A model generated the notes under the pieces. That model had not been told where the DNA came from, ran no database searches, and saw only the letters and a program-made list of their open reading frames with translations. Below, piece by piece: positions 8,854 to 19,056 of a stretch of DNA of 64,000 bases; within the stretch, counting starts at the first letter, position 1; each line of letters opens with the position of its first letter. Source of the stretch: an uncultured Bacilli bacterium (GTDB taxonomy: Bacteria > Bacillota_I > Bacilli_A > RF39 > UBA660); the NCBI GenBank assembly GCA_947598325.1, contig CANQFD010000002.1, positions 154,765-218,764 of the forward strand, in the 5' to 3' direction. Position numbers and translations under genes: made by a program.

Positions 8854-9873
8854 TTATTTTGTTTTAACATAAATAGGTTCTTTATGTACACTTTTATTTT
8901 TATAAAAAACTTCTATATATCCTACTTCATTATTATCGCTTTTTATATTTTTATATTCTATAACATTTATATTTATATTATCTCTTTCATTATTAGTCAT
9001 AGGATAGTAATAGTTATTTTTTACATATAATTTATTTTTATATTTTTTAGATTTAATTTTTATTTTATCTTTATTTATTATTAAATAATTTTTATAATTT
9101 GAAAAACCATATTCATATAATTTCTTATGAGTATCAAAATCATTTTTATCATTAAATGTTACTACAATCAAATTCATATTTTTCTTGGTCGCACTAGTTA
9201 CTAAAGTTCTTTTAGATTTGATAGTATAACCTGTTTTACCACCATTTGCATATTTATATGTAAATAATAATTTATTTTTATTTGTCCAAGAATATGTTTT
9301 TATATCTGTTTTAACAACTATCTTTTTTGTACTATCAATTATTCTAAAATCATATAGATTATTTGCATATTTCATTAGTAAAGCCATATCATAACATGTT
9401 GAATAGTTACCTGTTTCATCATCATCTAAACCACTTGAATTGTTAAAAATAGTGTTAGTCATTCCTATTTCTTTTGCTTTTTTATTCATAAGAGTGATAA
9501 ATTTTTCATGACCACCTAAATAATCTTCAATAGCAAGTGCTGCATCATTGCCACTTCTAAGAAGAAGTCCATAAACCAAATTCCTTAGACTAATTTTTTC
9601 ACCTACTGAAACATATATACCAGAACCATGTGATTTTAAAACACTATCATTTATAGTAATAATATTATCTAATTTACCTGATTCTATAGCAAGAACTGCT
9701 GTCATTATTTTTGTTGTACTTGCTATTAAATGTTTTTCTGATATATTTTTAGAATACAATATTCTCTTTGAATCTTCATCCATTAGTATTGCATTATTAC
9801 TTGGAACTGATATGGCAAGTGTATTTAAGGGAAATAAAAAAATCATAATTATAAAAATAATAATCTTTTTCAT
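8854..9873 (-). CDS. D-alanyl-D-alanine carboxypeptidase (peptidase S11)
   Basis: Start moved to the ATG at 9873 (signal peptide MKKIIIFIIMIFLF). SxxK motif (STTKIMT), SxN motif (SGND), KTG motif (GGKTGYT). Confidence 0.85.
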   Translation of the reverse strand: MKKIIIFIIMIFLFPLNTLAISVPSNNAILMDEDSKRILYSKNISEKHLIASTTKIMTAVLAIESGKLDNIITINDSVLKSHGSGIYVSVGEKISLRNLVYGLLLRSGNDAALAIEDYLGGHEKFITLMNKKAKEIGMTNTIFNNSSGLDDDETGNYSTCYDMALLMKYANNLYDFRIIDSTKKIVVKTDIKTYSWTNKNKLLFTYKYANGGKTGYTIKSKRTLVTSATKKNMNLIVVTFNDKNDFDTHKKLYEYGFSNYKNYLIINKDKIKIKSKKYKNKLYVKNNYYYPMTNNERDNININVIEYKNIKSDNNEVGYIEVFYKNKSVHKEPIYVKTK

Positions 9874-9942
9874 ATTAGTTACCTCAAAATAATATATGCT
9901 ATAAATATATAAAAAAGAATATAGTTTTAATTCTATATTCAA

Positions 9943-10602
9943 TTATCCTACATATATGCCATGTAATTTTTCTATATCAGCATTGCTTAATGGATCTAAT
10001 TGCCATTCATCATTAACTTTTGTTAAAGTAAATTCTATTGTATATTTTACTGTATCTTTTACTTTTTCCATCTCTTTTATTTTATATTCCATGAATTTAT
10101 CTTTATCATAATCAGATGTATTATTTTGTAACTCATCTTTAGCACCATCTATTGCGTCCTTAGCTCCATCTTTTATATCTTCAGCTGTATCTTCTGCTGC
10201 ATTTTTAATATCATTTGCTGTTTCAGACATTGTAGTATCAGAATCTTTTTTAAATTCATCAAGATGTTCATTCAAATATGTATTAGAATTCTTAAGTGAA
10301 GATGCATAATCATAAACTGTTATTTCAACTTCAACAACAGCATTATCATCTTCAACTATTTCATCTTTTATTTCATATTCCATATTTTTGTACTGATTTA
10401 GCATTAGTGTTTTATATCTTTCTTTTTGATCACTATCAGTTATTTCTGAATCTATTGTTTCATCAAGTTGAGCAATAATATCTGTGTTTTGGTTTTTATA
10501 TTTATCTAAAAACTCTGAAACTTTTTGTTTTGGTGTTACTGCTTTACCTAATGTACATGCTGACATTAATACTACAAGTAATGCTATTACTATTTTTTTC
10601 AT
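9943..10602 (-). CDS. Lipoprotein with an acidic low-complexity middle segment
   Basis: Start at the ATG at 10602 after AAGGAGGA. Lipobox LVVLMSAC. No family recognised. Confidence 0.6.
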   Translation of the reverse strand: MKKIVIALLVVLMSACTLGKAVTPKQKVSEFLDKYKNQNTDIIAQLDETIDSEITDSDQKERYKTLMLNQYKNMEYEIKDEIVEDDNAVVEVEITVYDYASSLKNSNTYLNEHLDEFKKDSDTTMSETANDIKNAAEDTAEDIKDGAKDAIDGAKDELQNNTSDYDKDKFMEYKIKEMEKVKDTVKYTIEFTLTKVNDEWQLDPLSNADIEKLHGIYVG

Positions 10603-10688
10603 ATTTTTCCTCCTTCTTTTAATAATTTGGAAAAATATTATTTTTTTATGCAAAAATACATAAAAAATTTTTTTATGTATTTATTAAA

Positions 10689-13307
10689 TTATTTTTTTAT
10701 TTTTTTATTTATTATAAATAGTGCAAAAAGAATTAATACTATAGATGAAATTATAAGAAGATAATTTATTCTATTTTGTCCTGTGGATATGTTTATAATA
10801 AGTTCCGCACTTGCTTGTGCTCCTTCACCAACAGTAATCTTTCTATTTATAATTGCTGTATCACCAATAACATATCCATTTTCATTTACTACAAATTCTG
10901 CATGGGTTTCACTTATCTTTGGAAGCACAAATCCTTCTGGTGCTTCTATTTCTACAATTCTATATTTTGATTTTGCACTCATATCAACAAATGTTGCTAT
11001 ACCATTTTTAGGAGTGAAAACAAATAAATCACTTTTACCTGTAGAATCAATAGTATATGTATTATCTTTATCATTATATAATAGTGGCACATCTTCATAT
11101 TTTGCCTTTTTAGTATTGTATTTTTGTAATTTAAATTTACCAGAACTTATGTAATTTCCATCCTCATCAATTTTATAAAAATTAAACATAGCTTTTTTAT
11201 TAATTATTGATTTTATTACTTTAGGAGCACTATCCCTAGTAACATTTACATCTATTTGTGTCCATTCAATATCTTGTGAAATAACATAATCATTATCTCC
11301 TGTGCTAACCTCTTTTAGCCAATATTGTCCAGCTGGTAAATACAATATTTTTGCTTTTCCATTTGTTGTTATTACTTGAATTGGAGTTCCTGTTTGACCA
11401 TTCGCATATTCATAGTTACCAGTTGCTTCATTTTTTATTAGAATTATTTGATTAGCTTTATTTGAATCATATAATTCAAATGAAACTTTGTCTAACAATT
11501 CTCCTTTATCTCCACTTTTAATTATTTCTACTTCTGTAGTAAAATTTTTTACTGTTACAGTTGCATTAGTTGTTTTGTCATATGCATTTGTAGTATAGTT
11601 ATATACCCATAAATCAGAGTTACTATCTATCTTTATTTTTGTTTCTCTATCAGATTGAGATCCTTGCAAACTAAACGGATATGGAACATTGATTTCTGTT
11701 AATATATACTCTCCTTCTGGAAGCAATGCTACATTATATAAATTTGTATTAGCATTATAAAGATCTGTTATTGTTCCAACATCTGAATATCTATAAATAC
11801 CTTCTATTAAATTAAATTTTAATGGTTGTCCATTTAATGTTCTAATTTGAAAAGTTGCACCATTTACAGGTTCATTATTAATACCGTTAATTTTATTAAT
11901 TGAAATTTGTTTAGGTTTATTTTCAACTACTAAACTATAGTATATTTTATTTTCTTCAATTTTTTGAACATTACCTAAATCACTATATACATTTTTAACT
12001 AATGCTTTATTACCATCAATAGAAAATTCAACTCTAAATTGTCCTATTGGTTCATATCCTTTTGGAACTTCAACTTCCTCAAATAAGTATTCACCTGATT
12101 TATTTATTGACACTTCAACAGTTTGAGCTTGACTTGTTAAATCTATTTCTTTTAAATATTCCTTAGTTGCGCAGTTGCTTCCAGAACATTTATATAGTTT
12201 AAATTTTGAACCTTTTAATACTTCTTTTGTTACAGCATCTACTTTTGATATTTTAAATATACCTGATTCAGTTTTAACTTTGAATGACTTCTTCTTTGTA
12301 ATTGAATAATCACCCATAACAACATCTTGTGCAAGTCCTTTTGAAATTGTTTGTCCATCTTTAGTCTTCTCAAATCTAAACCATCTAAACTCTGTACTAC
12401 CTTCTGTTGTATTTCCCTTTACTAATTTGGCATTTATTTCTTTTTCACCATTTATTTCTTTTGTAGATGATACAACAACTTCATTATTAGAATCTTTATT
12501 TGATATTGTTAAAGATGCAGTATTATCTGTAGTTATATTATATTTTCCAATATTTATTTTTTCTGAAACATATTTACTACTAGCATCACTCCATTTTAGT
12601 GTATATGTTTTACCAAATGATTTTGGAGTTTTTGTATCTGTAGCTAACTCCTCTGCATCGTCTAATATATTTTTATAGGCTGTTTTAAGTCCAGAATTTT
12701 TTTCAACTAGCAAATTATGTGGGCTATTAGTTGGATTAGATTTGTTTGGTGTATATTCATAATTTGTTCTTGCACCCGCGACTACTTCCCATATCAATAT
12801 TTGTGTTGCAAATACTTTTCTACATGCAGCATGATCTGTACATGTACCAACTTGATTACTATTACCAGTTAAAAACTTTAAATTTCCTTCACCATTTTGA
12901 TATCCACTAGCTAAAATATTTTTTAATACTGTTTGCTGAGTTTCAGTCATATCTTTACCATCTGAATTTGGTAAATCAGCAAATCCTTTATGTAATTCTA
13001 ATGTTGCATCTGCATATACTTCTTTCCCTACATGCAAACAATATCCATGATATTTTTTCTTTGAATCTTCTCCCTCAACTATATGAACGGTTTTATATCG
13101 TTTTCCATTTAATTCATGAATTGTTAGTTTATAGTTACCACTTACTGGCATTCCACTATCTAAAATTTGAGCACTTGGTAAAGATGATATTATATCACTA
13201 ATAGGCATTTTCATGAGTCTATATTTCCAAGTTTCTGCGGATGTTGAAGTAACAGGAATTAATAAAACTACTATAAATGTTAAAAATTTAACTAATATCT
13301 TTTTCAT
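10689..13307 (-). CDS. Thioester-domain (TQXA-type) adhesin with four SpaA/Cna-B-like prealbumin-fold domains and a C-terminal hydrophobic anchor
   Basis: Signal peptide ...TSTSAETW. The motifs HGYC(90)LHVG, NILASGYQNG and FATQ(169)ILIWEVV fit the TED Cys, GY(P) and TQxxIW motifs. Four repeats follow of the type F.I.K.D....L.G..F.L......Y...E...P.GY. The C-terminus is NISTG-QNRINY-LLIISSIVLILFALFII-NKKIKK. Confidence 0.7.
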   Translation of the reverse strand: MKKILVKFLTFIVVLLIPVTSTSAETWKYRLMKMPISDIISSLPSAQILDSGMPVSGNYKLTIHELNGKRYKTVHIVEGEDSKKKYHGYCLHVGKEVYADATLELHKGFADLPNSDGKDMTETQQTVLKNILASGYQNGEGNLKFLTGNSNQVGTCTDHAACRKVFATQILIWEVVAGARTNYEYTPNKSNPTNSPHNLLVEKNSGLKTAYKNILDDAEELATDTKTPKSFGKTYTLKWSDASSKYVSEKINIGKYNITTDNTASLTISNKDSNNEVVVSSTKEINGEKEINAKLVKGNTTEGSTEFRWFRFEKTKDGQTISKGLAQDVVMGDYSITKKKSFKVKTESGIFKISKVDAVTKEVLKGSKFKLYKCSGSNCATKEYLKEIDLTSQAQTVEVSINKSGEYLFEEVEVPKGYEPIGQFRVEFSIDGNKALVKNVYSDLGNVQKIEENKIYYSLVVENKPKQISINKINGINNEPVNGATFQIRTLNGQPLKFNLIEGIYRYSDVGTITDLYNANTNLYNVALLPEGEYILTEINVPYPFSLQGSQSDRETKIKIDSNSDLWVYNYTTNAYDKTTNATVTVKNFTTEVEIIKSGDKGELLDKVSFELYDSNKANQIILIKNEATGNYEYANGQTGTPIQVITTNGKAKILYLPAGQYWLKEVSTGDNDYVISQDIEWTQIDVNVTRDSAPKVIKSIINKKAMFNFYKIDEDGNYISSGKFKLQKYNTKKAKYEDVPLLYNDKDNTYTIDSTGKSDLFVFTPKNGIATFVDMSAKSKYRIVEIEAPEGFVLPKISETHAEFVVNENGYVIGDTAIINRKITVGEGAQASAELIINISTGQNRINYLLIISSIVLILFALFIINKKIKK

Positions 13308-13321
13308 TTTAATTCCTCCTA

Positions 13322-16300
13322 CTATTCAGTTTCTTCCTCTATTGGTTTATCTAATGATGGATCATAATTTGTTATTTGTATACCTTCAAGTAGATTTGCT
13401 GTTGTTTCCATTATTTTTAAATCTTGAGCTGCAACAAAATTAACAAAATCTCCACCACTGTCTGTTTTTAAATCTAAAACTATACTCATATAATATTTTT
13501 CATCTGGAAGTATATATGTTATAGCATAATTATTATAATATAAGAAGCCTCCTGATTCATACCAACCGTCATTTTCTGGAATTGATGGATCAAATGTCAT
13601 ACCATCTGGTATAGTTTCTATTATAGATCCAATTGTACCTGGGAAATATTTAGAATTTTCTATTTCAAATTTATAAGTTACTCTAAATGATGTATTTTTT
13701 AAGTTTTTAACATCAATTTTTACTTTTGTCTCGTTATTATAATCATATGATTGAGTTCCTCTATTTGAATTAACTATTACATTAGTTATATATTTTTTAA
13801 TATTTACATCAAAATTTTGCCTTATTCTTAAACCTAGATTAATATATTCTTGTTTAATATTATCATTATTAACAGTTACTATATTAGATATAGCAGAACA
13901 TGTACCCGCTACCATATCAGCATCTGAATCATTTTCTGTTAAATCACCCAAAGTATCATCAACTTTATTTTTATTTGTTACTGTATATTTATCACAATCA
14001 AATGTATATTTAACATAATAATTTCCTTGTTCTAAACCTTTAAATTTATAATTTCCATTTTTATCAGTAACTGTATCTGATACTTTTTTATCATTTTCAC
14101 TTATAGCTTGTAAAGGCGTATTTTTTTCAAAATCATCTTTAGATAACTTATATAATTCAACTACTATATCACTTAATTTATTTTCCCCTGTACCATATAT
14201 TCCATCATAATTATAATCCTCAAATGCAAAACCTGAAATTTGTCTATTGTAAACTGATGAATATGAAATATTAGATGCATAAGGGACTTTATCTTGAGGA
14301 GTGTCAGGACATCCACCTTCAATACCAGGATCACAGTTAACAGTATGATGATGTATTACATAAAAATTGTTATAATACTCATCTCCTTCTTCATTGCCTG
14401 ATGTAGTCATTATTAGATTAATTCCATTTGGACTAGCAAAATAACTTGCATTTGGTATGGTTGTATTTTTATCAGTCGTTATTTTTATTGCAGTAACACC
14501 TGTTATATCAGTAGTATAATTTGTCCATAAAGTCCACTTATTTGAGTTTGTTTGACTAAGTTCATTATTTATTATAGTCTTTGAACTATCTTTTGTATAA
14601 TAAACATTATAACCAGTTGGAAGATTCTCAGCAAGTTTAACAGATAATGCACCTTTAAAGTCAGAACCATCACTAATAGAATCTCCTGTATATGGTAATA
14701 TTTTAATAATTTCTAAATTTGCATCTTCTCCAGAAATATTAGATACTCTCATGTTATATGTCATAACCTGATTTCTTTCAAAATAAGTTGGAGTAACCTT
14801 ACCTAATGTACCAATGATTTTTGTATTCATAAGAGTTAAATCTTTAGTATTAGTTCTATATGAAACTGGTGTATTAGAATTATATGTTGTTACCGCATCT
14901 ATATTAGGTTTTAATGTTGCATCAACTATTGATTTAACAGTAACATTTTTTTCACTAGATAAACTAATATCTACATATGCATGTAATACTAGTTTTGGAA
15001 TAATTCCACCCTGATCTCCATATTTTATTTCATCTTCTGTATATTCATATATTAATTCATTATATAAACCATCTTGAGTTTTGTTAGTTGAAATTGGAGT
15101 TTTATCACCTTTCTCAATAGATAATTCAAGTTCAACTGGCAAATAAACCGCTACCGTTGCTTTTGTAAATGTTGCATTCATATCTGACTTATATAAAATA
15201 GGTGTTATATTTATTGATATAGGATCATTTAAACCAGAATATATTGTTGTTTTTTCACTATCATTGTTATCTTTTACAACTATATCATCAATTTGTGATC
15301 TAAATGGTGTTACTAATAAAGTATTACCATATTTATTTGATGGTGAATCTTCACTAGTTATTTCCTTTGTATCTTTATTATATACTGTTTTAGCATAATT
15401 TAAATCACTGCTTTGTTCAGATACAGATTTATATTCAACTTCTGATAAGTAATAAGCTGAATCTTTAAATACTGTTTCTGCTCTAGACATAACTGCCGCA
15501 GTTTCATTAATTATATTAAGATCTGATTTAACTTGCCCTCTTAATCTTATAGTTGTTGTAGTACCTGGATAATAATCTTCTTTAAAATCAAATTTAAATA
15601 GCATTATTTCTCCATTATTTGCATCTATTACTTCTGATATTGAATCATACCAAGTTATAGAATTAGCTTTTTCTTCAATACAAGGGCCTCCATAATAATT
15701 CATTAACTGATCTTTTGTTAAATTTGTTACACTACTTGGACAATAAGAAGGTTTATTTGATTTAACTTGGAAATTTGATGGAGTCCATGTACCAACACCA
15801 TATTTAACTTCAAAATCAGGATTAGTAATATTTTGTTTTTCATCAGAAGATGTCATTTCTGCATAATAATCCTTTGTTTCATCACTTATATTACCAACAT
15901 CTACTAATTTAATAATATCATTATCAACTTTAATATAATTAGTTAAACCATTTTCCAAAGTATCCCCAGATGTATATGTGATTGTATCTTGTATATAAAA
16001 GTTTTCATTATAATTATATGATGCTTTTCCAGGATCTGTAAATTTTATATCCTCATTAGCACCTACGGTAATATTAGATTCATCAATAAAATCAATTTTA
16101 CTTAAATATTTACCAACGAATTTTTCATAATTATCAATAACAGATAGTGTAGATAATTCACTTCCATTTTGTTTTGCTTTAAATGTCAAAGTAACATCCT
16201 GGTTTCCTTTTTTAGTAGAAATTAGAGATATTACTTTAGTAGATATATATGTTACAGAATTTTCTTCAGATTCTTCAACACCTTCATTTAAATTAACCTG

Positions 16301-17239
16301 ATTTGAATTATATTTTAAATTAGTATATTTTAATTTAATTGTATCTCCATTGCTTTCGTAACCTAAATTTCCATTATTATTAGTATATGAAACAGGTAGA
16401 TTTTGAACAGTATAAGATTTTTCATCATAATTAACGGTTTCAAAAACTCGTATATCAGTTTCTCTATCTTTGCTTATTTCTAAATCAGCATTAAATGATG
16501 ATGGTATTGATGCACCTTTTATTCCTTTTTCTCCTTCATTTGGAATATATAATAAAAGCCCAATTGGAATTGTTGTATCTCCTGAATCTTTTTTCATTGT
16601 TCCTTCATATAATTTTATTGATAATCTATCTTTTGCACTAACTGTAACAGAATCTACATTTAATGCAGTTATAGAATTAAATTCAGTTGTATCAGTTTTT
16701 TCTTTTATTTTTATTGTTGGAGTTATTTTTGTTCCATTACTTGAATTTATTTGTTTTATATAAATATTTAAAGTATTTTCAGTACCATATGATGCATTGC
16801 TATAGTCTAATTGATAGTGTGTTATATTATTTTCATCAGATACTTTTGAAGCAGCAGTTTCTGAATCTAATCCACTTGAAATTTTTACATCTAAATTACT
16901 AGGAAGAGCAACATCTACTGTTACAAATCTTCCTGAAGGATTACCCATTGTAGAAGTATCTTTAAAAGCTAAATTATAATTAATAGTATATTTTATACTA
17001 TCAAAGTTTCTAACTACCTTATTACCAGCAGAACTATCGTTTCCTGCAGTATCGTCACTATCAAAAGGAAGAGTTCCATCTTGTATTGTAACTGAAGCGT
17101 TTTCTATTTTAATTTTATCTGCAAATTCATCATCTGCTGCACTTGCAAAATTATATATTAAAAAAGATACTAAAAATAATAGAGCTAAAGCTATCAAATA
17201 TTTATAATTTTTTTTAATAAATTCTATTATTGTATTCAT
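13322..17239 (-). CDS. Giant (1305-aa) secreted surface protein with an SdrD B-like (Cna-B type) domain
   Basis: Start at the ATG at 17239 (GGAGG upstream). Signal/anchor LIALALLFLVSFLIYNFASA. The segment ISGFAFEDYNYDGIYGTGENKLSDIVVELY...TDKNGNYKFKGLEQGNYYVKYTF fits the SdrD_B pattern. No C-terminal anchor. It ends 14 nt before the thioester adhesin gene, so the two are probably an operon. Confidence 0.7.
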   Translation of the reverse strand: MNTIIEFIKKNYKYLIALALLFLVSFLIYNFASAADDEFADKIKIENASVTIQDGTLPFDSDDTAGNDSSAGNKVVRNFDSIKYTINYNLAFKDTSTMGNPSGRFVTVDVALPSNLDVKISSGLDSETAASKVSDENNITHYQLDYSNASYGTENTLNIYIKQINSSNGTKITPTIKIKEKTDTTEFNSITALNVDSVTVSAKDRLSIKLYEGTMKKDSGDTTIPIGLLLYIPNEGEKGIKGASIPSSFNADLEISKDRETDIRVFETVNYDEKSYTVQNLPVSYTNNNGNLGYESNGDTIKLKYTNLKYNSNQVNLNEGVEESEENSVTYISTKVISLISTKKGNQDVTLTFKAKQNGSELSTLSVIDNYEKFVGKYLSKIDFIDESNITVGANEDIKFTDPGKASYNYNENFYIQDTITYTSGDTLENGLTNYIKVDNDIIKLVDVGNISDETKDYYAEMTSSDEKQNITNPDFEVKYGVGTWTPSNFQVKSNKPSYCPSSVTNLTKDQLMNYYGGPCIEEKANSITWYDSISEVIDANNGEIMLFKFDFKEDYYPGTTTTIRLRGQVKSDLNIINETAAVMSRAETVFKDSAYYLSEVEYKSVSEQSSDLNYAKTVYNKDTKEITSEDSPSNKYGNTLLVTPFRSQIDDIVVKDNNDSEKTTIYSGLNDPISINITPILYKSDMNATFTKATVAVYLPVELELSIEKGDKTPISTNKTQDGLYNELIYEYTEDEIKYGDQGGIIPKLVLHAYVDISLSSEKNVTVKSIVDATLKPNIDAVTTYNSNTPVSYRTNTKDLTLMNTKIIGTLGKVTPTYFERNQVMTYNMRVSNISGEDANLEIIKILPYTGDSISDGSDFKGALSVKLAENLPTGYNVYYTKDSSKTIINNELSQTNSNKWTLWTNYTTDITGVTAIKITTDKNTTIPNASYFASPNGINLIMTTSGNEEGDEYYNNFYVIHHHTVNCDPGIEGGCPDTPQDKVPYASNISYSSVYNRQISGFAFEDYNYDGIYGTGENKLSDIVVELYKLSKDDFEKNTPLQAISENDKKVSDTVTDKNGNYKFKGLEQGNYYVKYTFDCDKYTVTNKNKVDDTLGDLTENDSDADMVAGTCSAISNIVTVNNDNIKQEYINLGLRIRQNFDVNIKKYITNVIVNSNRGTQSYDYNNETKVKIDVKNLKNTSFRVTYKFEIENSKYFPGTIGSIIETIPDGMTFDPSIPENDGWYESGGFLYYNNYAITYILPDEKYYMSIVLDLKTDSGGDFVNFVAAQDLKIMETTANLLEGIQITNYDPSLDKPIEEETE

Positions 17240-17311
17240 ATAGAAATCCTCCATATTATATATAATATTAAACCATTTTTTTAATAAAAAATCAATTATA
17301 TAATAAAAAAA

Positions 17312-17977
17312 TTATGGATTGTTACTCATAATTTTTTTATTTTCCATCAAATTTAAAATTTCTTTTAATTTTTTTAACTTATTATCGTTATTTTTTATAA
17401 TATTTAATATCTTATTATATATTTTTTCCTCATCGTCTAGTTTTTCATTATATAATTCATAAAATATATATTTTAGTTTTATTTTTTCATTATTTTGATG
17501 CATTTCACTAATTTTTTTTCTAACGTAATTTTCTGTATCTAATTCCTCTCTTGTTAAAAAGCGTACTTTATTTGAACTTTTATTCTTAATTTTATAATCA
17601 ATTATGGAATATTTCATAAGTCTAACACACTCTAATACTTCATTTTCTTCATCAATGCTTAAATTACTTTTCATATAAGTATTTCCATCCGAATCAAATT
17701 CAATTGCAACTGTACTAGTTTCAGAAGAGAATAAACATGCATATCTTATTAAATTTACAGAGTTTGGAGTATATACCTCAGTTTTATCAAATATATTTAA
17801 TAAATGATCTTTTGATATTATTACATTACTAAATTTTAAATCATATAATGTATCATTATCAACCTTATATACTGGTATTTTTAAAATAAATTCAGGAACA
17901 TCTTCTTCTCTCCATTCATAAAATTCATATAAGTTATTTTTGTTAAAATTTAATGTAATATCATAAATATAATTCAT
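17312..17977 (-). CDS. Hypothetical protein, possibly YqhG/DUF3603-like
   Basis: The N-terminus YIYDITLNF....YEFYEWREEDVPEFILKIPVYKV resembles my recollection of B. subtilis YqhG (YVHDVWVNW...FHEWRKDD..ELLDQVPLLKV). The family assignment is tentative. Confidence 0.4.
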   Translation of the reverse strand: MNYIYDITLNFNKNNLYEFYEWREEDVPEFILKIPVYKVDNDTLYDLKFSNVIISKDHLLNIFDKTEVYTPNSVNLIRYACLFSSETSTVAIEFDSDGNTYMKSNLSIDEENEVLECVRLMKYSIIDYKIKNKSSNKVRFLTREELDTENYVRKKISEMHQNNEKIKLKYIFYELYNEKLDDEEKIYNKILNIIKNNDNKLKKLKEILNLMENKKIMSNNP

Positions 17978-18182
17978 CTTTTCCTCCTTTTGTAAAGATA
18001 ACTATTGATATAATTAGTAAACCAAAAATTACATTTATACATTCTATACGTCTACTAATAAATTTTACATAATCTAAAAAATTATACCCTAAAGATAGTA
18101 AATTTAAATAAATAATTATATAAGAAAAACCAATAACAGTAAGTCCAAAACCAAATAAAAATAATAAAAATCTAAATGACAA
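17961..18182 (-). CDS. Small two-TM membrane protein
   Basis: 73-aa ORF with two hydrophobic helices. It overlaps the next gene by 17 nt. Confidence 0.4.
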   Translation of the reverse strand: MSFRFLLFLFGFGLTVIGFSYIIIYLNLLSLGYNFLDYVKFISRRIECINVIFGLLIISIVIFTKGGKDELYL

Positions 18183-18255
18183 AAAAACATCACCTACATA
18201 ATTGTATTTATTATTTTTAGAAAATATTATATAATTATAATAAGAGGTGATTGAA

Positions 18256-19056
18256 ATGTTATTACTAGAATATATAATTTTAGGAATTATTCAAGGGTTT
18301 ACTGAACCACTACCAATTTCATCTAGTGGACATTTAAAAATTTTTAAATCTATATTTAATAATGAAGTTTTAAGTGATATGAATTTTGAAATAATTGCTA
18401 ATTTTGGATCACTTATTGCTATATTAATACTTTTTAGAAAAGAAATATTAAATATAATAAAAGACTTTTTTTATTATATTAAAACAAAAAATAAAAAATA
18501 TAAGGTTAATTATAATTATGCATGGTTAATAGTAATAGGAACTATTCCCGCAGCAGTATGTGGTTTAATTGCTAAAGATTTTATTGAAAAATATTTCACA
18601 ACAAAATTAGTAGGTTTAATGCTTATAATAACAGCTATTTTATTATTTATGATAAAAGATATAAAAGGTGAAAAAGAAAAAAAGGATATAAGTTATAAGG
18701 ACGCAATTAAAATAGGTTTATTCCAAGTAATTGCACTTCTTCCTGGAATAAGTAGAAGTGGTGCAACAATTGTTGGAGGTATGAAATCTAATTTAAAAAG
18801 GGACATAGCTCTTAACTATTCTTTTATGTTATATATTCCAGTAAGTATTGCAAGTATGATACTGGGTATTAGTGATTTAATGAATATGAGCAATTTAAAT
18901 GAATTACTTATACCATATTTAGTTAGTATGATAGTTACAGGAATTGTTACTTATTATTCCGCTAAATTATTTATTGATATTATGAAAAAAGGAAAACTTA
19001 TATATTTTTCCATATACTGTATTATTGTTGGATTAATCGTATTTATTATGTTTTAA
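18256..19056 (+). CDS. uppP: Undecaprenyl-diphosphate phosphatase
   Basis: Contains FTEPLPISSSGHL and PGISRSGATI, the BacA/UppP motifs. Start moved to the ATG after AGAGGTGA. Confidence 0.9.
   Translation: MLLLEYIILGIIQGFTEPLPISSSGHLKIFKSIFNNEVLSDMNFEIIANFGSLIAILILFRKEILNIIKDFFYYIKTKNKKYKVNYNYAWLIVIGTIPAAVCGLIAKDFIEKYFTTKLVGLMLIITAILLFMIKDIKGEKEKKDISYKDAIKIGLFQVIALLPGISRSGATIVGGMKSNLKRDIALNYSFMLYIPVSIASMILGISDLMNMSNLNELLIPYLVSMIVTGIVTYYSAKLFIDIMKKGKLIYFSIYCIIVGLIVFIMF

Noticed and set aside
10654-10682. Perfect AT-only palindrome (aaatacataaaaaa/ttttttatgtattt) after the adhesin operon as a terminator
   Set aside because: The stem has almost no G-C pairs and effectively no loop, and no clean distal T-run follows on the minus strand. 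It is too weak to call confidently.
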